33,324 nt of DNA from positions 1 through 33,324 of the forward strand of contig JAKFWE010000170.1 of NCBI GenBank assembly GCA_021732895.1. Direction: 5' to 3'. How positions within the stretch are numbered: position 1 is the stretch's first letter; every line of letters starts with the position of its first letter. The notes beneath the pieces were generated by a model, which saw only the letters and a list, made by a program, of their open reading frames with translations, was not told the DNA's origin and did not search any database. Positions 26,393 through 33,324 of the stretch are shown piece after piece. Source of the DNA: Bosea sp. (in: a-proteobacteria) (GTDB lineage: Bacteria > Pseudomonadota > Alphaproteobacteria > Rhizobiales > Beijerinckiaceae). The position numbers were made by a program, and so were the translations under genes.

Positions 26393-27853
26393 ATGATGAT
26401 GAGCGTCAACGAACTCGACTACGCGGCGGCGACCGCGACCGAGCAGCGCGCCAACGCCTGGAGGCACTGGATAGGCCTCGTCACCGCGCTGACCGACGCC
26501 TTCGTGGTGATGGGCGTCGTCGCCCTCGCCTCGCTCGCCCACCATCTCCAGGCCTACGGACATCTCGGCGACCGCCAGATCACGCTGGAGCTGGCGATCA
26601 TGATCGCGGCGATCTTCGTGTTCACCAATCTGCTGCGCGGCCGCTACCGGCTCGGCAACTATCTCTCGACCAAGGGGCAGGTCGCCTCCGCCTTCACGGT
26701 CTGGAACATCACCATGGTGGCGTTCATCGCGTTCGTGTTCATCGCCAAGATCGTCGATCACTATTCGCGCGCCGTGGTGCTGGCCACCTACCTCGCAGGC
26801 ATCCCGCTGATCGCGCTGGCGCGGTCCCTGATCGTGCGCACCGTCTCCATGGCGAGCAAGACCGGGCGCATCACCGCCGAACGGGTTTTCCTGATCGGAC
26901 GGGAGGCCGACGTGATGTCGTTCGTCTCGCGGCACCAGCCCTGGAACATCGGTTTCGCCATCGTCGACGTCGCCTACCTGCGCGGCCAGGATGCACGCCG
27001 CACCAACGATCCCGCAGCGGCGCTGGCCGCCGATCTCGCGACGGCGGCGGCGCGCTGCCGGCAGATGCGGCCGGACGCGGTCTTCATCGCCATGCCCTGG
27101 TCCGAGCAGGATTCGATCGACGCCTGCATTGACGCCTTCATGAACCTGCCGGTGGCGATCCATCTGGCGCCCGAGCGGATCATGGACCGCTTCGACAAAC
27201 TCCATATCGCCCGCGTCGGCTCGCTCGCCAGCCTGCGGCTGACGCGGCCCGCGCTTTCGGCGATCGAAATCGCCTGCAAGCGCGCCTTCGACGTCGTCGC
27301 CGCCGGCGCGATCCTTGTTCTGGCGGCGCCGCTGCTGCTGCTGATCGCCGCCGCGATCCGGCTCGACACGGGCGGGCCGGTGCTGTTCATGCAGCGCCGC
27401 TACGGCTTCAACCAGATGCCTTTCCGCATCTACAAGTTCCGCACCATGACCACGGCCGAGGACGGCGACGTCATCCGCCAGGCCACGCGCGGCGACGCCC
27501 GCGTCACCCGGATCGGGCGAATCCTGCGGCGCTACAATCTCGACGAGTTGCCGCAGCTCCTCAACGTCATCGCCGGGCAGATGTCGCTCGTCGGCCCGCG
27601 CCCGCACGCGCTCGCCCACGACCATGAGTTCCAGCGCAAGATCGCGCTCTATGCGCGCCGCCACAACGTCAAGCCCGGCATCACGGGCTGGGCCCAGGTC
27701 AACGGCTTGCGCGGCGAGACCGACACCGATGAGAAGATGGCCCGACGCATCGCCTGCGACCACTGGTACATCGACAACTGGTCGTTCTGGCTCGATCTCG
27801 CCATCCTGCTGCGCACGCTGGTCAGCCCGCGCTCCTACCGCAACGCCCTGTGA
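26393..27853 (+). CDS. Undecaprenyl-phosphate sugar phosphotransferase (WcaJ/GumD-like initiating enzyme)
   Basis: N-terminal TMs, then KRAFD, FRIYKFRTM, DARVTRIGRILRRYNLDELPQLLNV, MSLVGPRPHA, VKPGITGWAQVNG and YIDNWSFWLD. Confidence 0.93.
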   Translation: MMMSVNELDYAAATATEQRANAWRHWIGLVTALTDAFVVMGVVALASLAHHLQAYGHLGDRQITLELAIMIAAIFVFTNLLRGRYRLGNYLSTKGQVASAFTVWNITMVAFIAFVFIAKIVDHYSRAVVLATYLAGIPLIALARSLIVRTVSMASKTGRITAERVFLIGREADVMSFVSRHQPWNIGFAIVDVAYLRGQDARRTNDPAAALAADLATAAARCRQMRPDAVFIAMPWSEQDSIDACIDAFMNLPVAIHLAPERIMDRFDKLHIARVGSLASLRLTRPALSAIEIACKRAFDVVAAGAILVLAAPLLLLIAAAIRLDTGGPVLFMQRRYGFNQMPFRIYKFRTMTTAEDGDVIRQATRGDARVTRIGRILRRYNLDELPQLLNVIAGQMSLVGPRPHALAHDHEFQRKIALYARRHNVKPGITGWAQVNGLRGETDTDEKMARRIACDHWYIDNWSFWLDLAILLRTLVSPRSYRNAL

Positions 27854-27871
27854 GGGGGGCGGCCGGCGCGC

Positions 27872-28807
27872 TCAGTCCTCGCCGCCCTGCGCGAGATAGG
27901 CCTCCGGGCTCATCGCGATGCGGCCGTCGATCTCGCCGATCGCCGCCTCGTCCTTGTCGGTATAGGGCAAGGCGCGCAGCACCAGCCGGATGGCGTTGAG
28001 CCTGGCGCGCAGCTTGTCGTTGGCGCGCACCACGCTCCAGGGCGCGGGCGCCGGGGCGCCCTGCGCCAGCATCGCGGCGAACGCCCGCGAATAGTCGTCG
28101 AACCGGGGAATCGCCTCGAAATCGATCGGCGACAGCTTCCAGCGCTTCAGCGGATCGTGCCAGCGCGCATGCAGCCGCGTCATCTGCATCTCGCGGCCGA
28201 TCGTCAGGAAGAGCTTGATCATGCGCACGCCGTCACGCACCAGCATGCCCTCGAAGACCGGCGCCTCGCGCAGGAACGCCTCCGTCTGCTGCGGCGTGGC
28301 GAAGCCCATCACCCGCTCGACGCCGGCGCGGTTGTACCAGGAGCGGTCGAAGAAGACGATCTCGCCGGCAGCCGGCATCTGCGCCGCGTAGCGCTGGAAA
28401 TACCATTGCCCGGCTTCGGTCTCGGACGGCTTCGAGAGCGCGACGATGCGCGCCTGGCGAGGATTGAGATGCTGGGTGAAGCGCTTGATCGCCCCGCCCT
28501 TGCCGGCGCCGTCGCGCCCCTCGAAGACGATGACGATGCGCTCGCGGGCCTCGCGCACCCAAGCCAGCAGCTTCTGAAGCTCAATCTGCAGCGGCTCGAG
28601 CTCGCGCTCGTAGCGTTTGCGTTTCATGCGCTCGTCCAGCGGAAAGCCGCCGCTGCGGAAGGCCGCGTCGGTGATCGCCGCCGGCAGCTCGACGGCCTCG
28701 ATGTCGAAAGCCGGTTGCTTCGCGCGCGCCCTGGCCGAACCGGAGCGCGATTTGCCGCCAGCCGCCTTCTTCTTCGTCGCGGTCTTTTCTCCGGCTGATT
28801 TGGCCAT
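27872..28807 (-). CDS. ppk2: Polyphosphate kinase 2
   Basis: FEGRDGAGKGGAIKR, GQWYFQRY, FDRSWYNRAGVERVMGF and DPLKRWKLSPID. RBS AAGGAG before ATG at 28807. Confidence 0.95.
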   Translation of the reverse strand: MAKSAGEKTATKKKAAGGKSRSGSARARAKQPAFDIEAVELPAAITDAAFRSGGFPLDERMKRKRYERELEPLQIELQKLLAWVREARERIVIVFEGRDGAGKGGAIKRFTQHLNPRQARIVALSKPSETEAGQWYFQRYAAQMPAAGEIVFFDRSWYNRAGVERVMGFATPQQTEAFLREAPVFEGMLVRDGVRMIKLFLTIGREMQMTRLHARWHDPLKRWKLSPIDFEAIPRFDDYSRAFAAMLAQGAPAPAPWSVVRANDKLRARLNAIRLVLRALPYTDKDEAAIGEIDGRIAMSPEAYLAQGGED

Positions 28808-28959
28808 ACCTGCGCTCCTTCGTTGGCGAACCATGCTAGCCGCGCGCCGCTCGGAAAGGAAACGCCTCGCCGTCCCGCGCGATTTGGCAGCGCGCGGGCT
28901 TGCGACTATGACGGCTGGCCGCTCTGTCGCGGCGTCCTCCCGCCGAGGCGTGGACCCGC

Positions 28960-30021
28960 ATGCTCGCCACGATCGATCCCACCGCTCCGGTGACCGCCGC
29001 GCTGATCGAGGCGCTCGGCGCAGCCGTCATCCTGCTCGACGCGCAAGGCGTCACGCAGGCGCTGAGCCCGGCGATGCGGGCGCTGATACCGGCGCTGGAG
29101 AAGGGCCAGCCGCTGACGCTGGTGCTGCGCGATCCGGACCTCATCGACGCGATCGACCTGGTCTCGCGCCAGGGCGGGCGGCGCGTCATCGAGCTCATCG
29201 AGCGCGTGCCCGTCGAGCGCACCTTCCGCATCCACATCGCCGGACTCGACAGCGTCGGCTGGCGGCGGCCGGCGCTGCTGACATTCGAGGATCTCAGCGA
29301 GTTGCGCGTCACCGAGCGCATGCGCGTCGATTTCGTCGCCAACGCCAGCCATGAACTGCGCACGCCGCTGGCCTCGCTGCTGGGCTTCGTCGAAACCCTG
29401 CAGGGGCCGGCCCGCAACGACGCGGCGGCGCGCGACCGCTTCCTGACGATCATGCGCGAGCAGGGCCTGCGCATGGCCCGCCTCGTCGACGACCTGCTGT
29501 CGCTCTCGCGCATCGAGCTGCGGGCGCATCTGGCCCCGGAAACGCCGGTCGATCTCTCGGGCATCTCGCGCGAGATCGTCGATTCGCTCGCCCTGATGGC
29601 GCGCGAGCGCAAGGTCGCGCTCAGGCTCGAGACCCCGTCCCAGCCGGTCCGGGTCGCCGGCGATCGCGACGAGCTGCTGCGGCTGATGGAGAACCTCGTC
29701 GAGAACGCGATCAAATACGGCCGCGAGGACGGCGAGGTGGTGATCGAGGTCACGGACGGGGCGACGGAGGCCAGCGTCGCCGTGCGCGACGACGGGCCCG
29801 GCATCGCGCCGGAGCACCTGCCACGCCTGACCGAGCGCTTCTACCGCGTCGACACCGCGGCCAGCCGCGAGGCCGGCGGGACGGGGCTCGGGCTCGCCAT
29901 CGTCAAGCACATCGTGCTGCGCCATCGCGGGCGCCTCGCCATCGAGAGCGCGCTCGGCCATGGCGCGACGTTCAGGGCCGTGCTGCCGCGCTTCGGGAGC
30001 CATGCCCGGCGCGACGCGTGA
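28960..30021 (+). CDS. phoR: Phosphate regulon sensor histidine kinase
   Basis: RVDFVANASHELRTPL, NLVENAIKYG, DDGPGIAPEHLPRLTERFYRVD and GGTGLGLAIVKH. Directly upstream of pstS. Confidence 0.9.
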   Translation: MLATIDPTAPVTAALIEALGAAVILLDAQGVTQALSPAMRALIPALEKGQPLTLVLRDPDLIDAIDLVSRQGGRRVIELIERVPVERTFRIHIAGLDSVGWRRPALLTFEDLSELRVTERMRVDFVANASHELRTPLASLLGFVETLQGPARNDAAARDRFLTIMREQGLRMARLVDDLLSLSRIELRAHLAPETPVDLSGISREIVDSLALMARERKVALRLETPSQPVRVAGDRDELLRLMENLVENAIKYGREDGEVVIEVTDGATEASVAVRDDGPGIAPEHLPRLTERFYRVDTAASREAGGTGLGLAIVKHIVLRHRGRLAIESALGHGATFRAVLPRFGSHARRDA

Positions 30022-30035
30022 CGGTTGTGTGACAC
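30018..30035 (-). promoter_or_regulatory. Second, reverse-oriented PHO-box-like site
   Basis: Minus strand reads GTGTCAC-ACAA-CCGTCAC, two heptamers at 11-bp period. Confidence 0.5.
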
Positions 30036-30048
30036 TAAAAATGCGCGA

Positions 30049-30066
30049 TTGTCATCCAATTGTCAT
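30049..30066 (+). promoter_or_regulatory. PHO box (PhoB binding site)
   Basis: TTGTCAT-CCAA-TTGTCAT matches consensus CTGTCAT-N4-CTGTCAT, about 54 nt upstream of pstS. Confidence 0.88.
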
Positions 30067-30119
30067 CCGCACGGTGTTTGAGCGAGGTCGCTGAAACTGC
30101 GAACAGAGAGGACATCTCA

Positions 30120-31145
30120 ATGCGCAAAATCCTGATTCTCGCGGCTGCCGCGATCGGCCTGTCGGGCGCCGCCCACGCGGCCGACATCACCGGCGCCGGC
30201 GCGACCTTCCCCTTCCCGATCTATGCGAAATGGGCCGAGGCCTACAAGAAGGAGACCAATATCGGTCTCAACTACCAGTCCATCGGCTCGGGTGGCGGCA
30301 TCCGCCAGATCAAGGCCAAGACCGTCGCCTTCGGCGCGACCGACGCCCCGCTCAAGGGCGAGGATCTCGCCTCTAGCGGCCTGATCCAGTTCCCGACCGT
30401 CATGGGCGGCGTCGTCCCGGCGATCAACATCGCGGGGGTCGAGGCCGGCAAGCTCAAGCTCACCGGCCCGATCGTCGCCGAGATCTACATGGGCTCGATC
30501 AAGAAGTGGAACGACCCCAAGATCGTCGCGCTGAACGCCGGCGTGACCCTGCCCGACGCCAACATCACCCCCGTCTACCGTTCGGACGGATCCGGCACGA
30601 CCTTCGTGTTCACCGACTATCTGTCGAAGGTCTCGGCCGACTGGAAGTCCAAGGTCGGCACGAACACCTCGGTGCAGTGGGCCGTCGGCATCGGCGGCAA
30701 GGGCAATGAGGGCGTCTCGGCCTCGGTGAAGCAGGTCGCCAACTCGATCGGCTATGTCGAATACGCCTACGCCAAGCAGAACAAGCTGAACTTCGCGCTC
30801 GTCCAGAACGCCGACGGCAACTTCCCGGCTCCGGACGACAAGTCGTTCCAGGCCGCCGCCGCCAACGCCAACTGGAACGAGGCGCCGGGCTTCGGCATCT
30901 CGCTGAACAACCAGAAGGGCGCCCAGGCCTGGCCGATCACCGCCGCGACCTTCCTGCTGATCCACGCCAAGCCGGAGAAGCCGGAAGAGGTGCAGGCCGC
31001 GCTGAAGTTCGTCGACTGGGCCTTCCAGAAGGGCTACGCGATGGCGCTCGAGCTGGACTACGTTCCGCTCCCGGCCAACGTCAAGGATCAGGTCCGCAAC
31101 GCCTGGAAGGGCGTGACCGATCCGGCAGGCAAGCCGATCTTCTGA
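30120..31145 (+). CDS. pstS: Phosphate ABC transporter substrate-binding protein
   Basis: Signal peptide, ITGAGATFP, NYQSIGSGGG, YRSDGSGTT and GGKGNEGV. Confidence 0.97.
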   Translation: MRKILILAAAAIGLSGAAHAADITGAGATFPFPIYAKWAEAYKKETNIGLNYQSIGSGGGIRQIKAKTVAFGATDAPLKGEDLASSGLIQFPTVMGGVVPAINIAGVEAGKLKLTGPIVAEIYMGSIKKWNDPKIVALNAGVTLPDANITPVYRSDGSGTTFVFTDYLSKVSADWKSKVGTNTSVQWAVGIGGKGNEGVSASVKQVANSIGYVEYAYAKQNKLNFALVQNADGNFPAPDDKSFQAAAANANWNEAPGFGISLNNQKGAQAWPITAATFLLIHAKPEKPEEVQAALKFVDWAFQKGYAMALELDYVPLPANVKDQVRNAWKGVTDPAGKPIF

Positions 31146-31159
31146 TCGGACGGCCACTG

Positions 31160-31189
31160 CGGATGGCGGCCGGTTCCGGCCGCCATCCG
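31160..31189 (+). terminator. Perfect 14-bp inverted repeat after pstS (mRNA stabiliser or attenuator)
   Basis: CGGATGGCGGCCGG-TT-CCGGCCGCCATCCG with no U-tract. Confidence 0.7.
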
Positions 31190-31260
31190 TCACGTTCAGA
31201 CACTGTCGCGCCGCAACGTCCGCGTCAGATTCGCCTTGAGTGCCGTGGGGAGCGCTTGTG

Positions 31261-32232
31261 ATGGCCGCCGTCACCGACCAGATGTCCATCCCGGCCGCGC
31301 CGGCGCAGCGCAAGACGCCCAAGGGCACGTTCGACCTGATCTTCCGCAACGCCAGCTTCTTCTCGGCGCTGTTCGTCCTCGTCCTGCTCGCCGGCATCAT
31401 GCTGTCGATGGTGATCGGCGGCTGGCCGGTTTTCCGCGAGTTCGGCCTGTCCTTCCTGACGTCGAGCCAGTGGGACACCATCAACGACAAGTACGGCGCC
31501 TGGCCCGCCATCGTCGGAACGCTCTCGACGGCCCTGATCGCCCTGTCGATCGGCGTGCCGCTCTCGCTCGGCATCGCCGTCTATCTGACGCAGCTCGCCC
31601 CGCCCTGGTTCAAGCAGCCGGTCTCGACCGCCATCGAACTGCTCGCCGCCGTGCCCTCGATCATCTACGGCATGTGGGGCCTGTTCGTCTTCGTGCCGCT
31701 GTTTGCAGCCTACGTCCAGATTCCGCTCTCGAACATCATCGAGGGCATGCCGATCGTCGGCACGATCCTCTATTCCCGCTCGCCTTCGGGCCTCGGCATC
31801 CTGACGGCGGGCATCATCCTCGCCTTCATGATCATCCCGTTCATCGCCTCGATCGTGCGCGACATGCTGGACCAGATTCCGTCCGTGCTGCGCGAGAGCG
31901 CCTACGGCATCGGCGCCACCACCTGGGAGGTGGTGCGTCACGTGCTGGTGCCGCAGGCCGGCGTCTCGATCATCGGCGCCATCATGCTCGGCCTGGGCCG
32001 CGCGCTCGGCGAGACCATGGCGGTGACCTTCGTCGTCGGCAACGCCAACCGGCTCTCGGCCTCGATCATGGATCCGGGCTCGACCATCGCCTCGCGCATC
32101 GCCAACGAGTTCAACGAGGCGCTCGGCCTGCAGCTCAACGCGCTGATCGCGCTCGGCTGCATCCTGTTCTTCGTCACCTTCGTCGTCCTCGTCATCGCGC
32201 GCATCCTCGTCGCGCGCGTCAAAGCCTTCTGA
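31261..32232 (+). CDS. pstC: Phosphate ABC transporter permease PstC
   Basis: IELLAAVPSIIYGMWG, LRESAYGIGATTWEV, LGLGRALGETMAV and IANEFNEA. Start at 31258 or 31261. Confidence 0.96.
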   Translation: MAAVTDQMSIPAAPAQRKTPKGTFDLIFRNASFFSALFVLVLLAGIMLSMVIGGWPVFREFGLSFLTSSQWDTINDKYGAWPAIVGTLSTALIALSIGVPLSLGIAVYLTQLAPPWFKQPVSTAIELLAAVPSIIYGMWGLFVFVPLFAAYVQIPLSNIIEGMPIVGTILYSRSPSGLGILTAGIILAFMIIPFIASIVRDMLDQIPSVLRESAYGIGATTWEVVRHVLVPQAGVSIIGAIMLGLGRALGETMAVTFVVGNANRLSASIMDPGSTIASRIANEFNEALGLQLNALIALGCILFFVTFVVLVIARILVARVKAF

Positions 32233-32247
32233 GATCGGACGGATCCC

Positions 32248-33138
32248 ATGAGCCTGACCACCCCCTCCACCGTCCGCCAGCTCGAACCCGCCGTCTGGGG
32301 CCGCGTCCGCCAGTCGCGCCGCGCCGCCGACCGGGTGATGAAGGTGACCGCCGCCGGCTTCACCTTCCTCGCCATCTTCGTGCTGTTCTGGATTCTCGGC
32401 ATGCTGGTGGTGAAGGGGCTCGGCGGCTTGTCCGTCGCCACCTTCACGCAGATCACGCCCGGCCCGGGCTCCACCGGCGGCGGCCTCGCCAACGCCATGC
32501 TGGGTTCGCTGGTGCTGACCTTCCTCGGCATCGTCGTCGCGACGCCTATCGGCGTGCTGGCCGGCACCTATCTCGCCGAATACGGCAAGGGCTCGAAGCT
32601 CGCCGACCTGATCCGCTTCATCAACGACATCCTGCTCTCGGCCCCCTCGATCCTGATCGGCCTGTTCGTCTACGTCATCATGGTGCAGCCGCTCGGCGGC
32701 TATTCCGGCTGGGCGGGCGGCGTCGCGCTCGGCATCATCGCGATCCCGGTCATCGTGCGCACCACCGAGGACATGCTGCGGCTGGTGCCCGGCCCGCTGC
32801 GCGAGGCCGGCTCGGCGCTCGGCGCGCCGACCTCGATCGTGATCACCTCGATCACCTGGCGCGCCGCCAAGGCGGGCATGGTCACCGGCATCCTGCTCGC
32901 GCTCGCCCGCATCGCCGGCGAGACCGCGCCGCTGATCTTCACCGCGCTGAACAACAATTTCTGGTTCTCGCCGACGCTGCAGGGCGGCGTCTCCAACCTG
33001 CCGGTGACGATCTACCAGTTCGCCTCGGCCCCTTACGAGAACTGGCAGCAGCTCGCCTGGGCCGGTTCGCTGATCATCACCATGTCGATCCTGCTGCTCT
33101 CGATCATCGCGCGCCGTATCGTGCGCGGCGCCAAGTGA
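32248..33138 (+). CDS. pstA: Phosphate ABC transporter permease PstA
   Basis: [34 protein letters not shown] and [10 protein letters not shown]. Confidence 0.96.
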   Translation: MSLTTPSTVRQLEPAVWGRVRQSRRAADRVMKVTAAGFTFLAIFVLFWILGMLVVKGLGGLSVATFTQITPGPGSTGGGLANAMLGSLVLTFLGIVVATPIGVLAGTYLAEYGKGSKLADLIRFINDILLSAPSILIGLFVYVIMVQPLGGYSGWAGGVALGIIAIPVIVRTTEDMLRLVPGPLREAGSALGAPTSIVITSITWRAAKAGMVTGILLALARIAGETAPLIFTALNNNFWFSPTLQGGVSNLPVTIYQFASAPYENWQQLAWAGSLIITMSILLLSIIARRIVRGAK

Positions 33139-33186
33139 TCAAACTCGATATAACGACCGTCGCGTCCGATCTGAAGGAACACGTCG

Positions 33187-33324
33187 ATGCTCTCGACCCT
33201 CGAACTGAGCCCCCAGGCGCTCGATGCCGACGCCCCGATCCGGATCGAGGTGAAGAATCTCGATTTTTACTATGGCGAGCACAAGGCGCTGAAGGCGGTC
33301 AATCTCGACTTCCGTGATCGTCAC
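33187..33324 (+). CDS. pstB: Phosphate ABC transporter ATP-binding protein, 5' part (runs off window)
   Basis: Not in the ORF track. AAGGAA RBS then MLSTLELSPQALDADAPIRIEVKNLDFYYGEHKALKAVNLDFRDRH, a typical PstB N-terminus in the expected position. Confidence 0.88.
   Translation, partial: MLSTLELSPQALDADAPIRIEVKNLDFYYGEHKALKAVNLDFRDRH

Noticed and set aside
28908-28914. PHO half-site (CCGTCAT on minus strand) upstream of ppk2
   Set aside because: No second heptamer at 11-bp spacing, so there is not enough to call a PHO box.

Overview
A GC-rich alphaproteobacterial chromosomal window. Gene content and order suggest Hyphomicrobiales, Bosea-like (inference). Left to right: the 3' end of cysK; a 4-hydroxybutyryl-CoA dehydratase/HpaB-superfamily flavoprotein with a divergent TetR; an ArsR-DUF1579-VOC operon carrying an apparent deletion scar; a TauE permease; an L,D-transpeptidase; an aldose epimerase; a partial beta-ketoadipate cluster (pcaR / pcaIJ-HG) with a REP-doublet hairpin element between pcaI and pcaJ; dgoK and a PfkB kinase; a clan AA aspartic protease; dapD; an AbrB membrane protein; a ~12 kb Wzx/Wzy polysaccharide locus (GT4, GT2, Wzy, kinase-degenerate Wzc, GH10, Wzx, DUF6492-like, WecB/TagA, WcaJ-like); and a phosphate block (ppk2, phoR, PHO boxes, pstSCA and the start of pstB). 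I found no rRNA, tRNA, CRISPR array, transposase or phage gene. The best candidates for novelty are the AbfD-like enzyme with rearranged active-site and Fe-S residues, and the probable adhesive polysaccharide locus. All family calls come from motif recognition without database searches.
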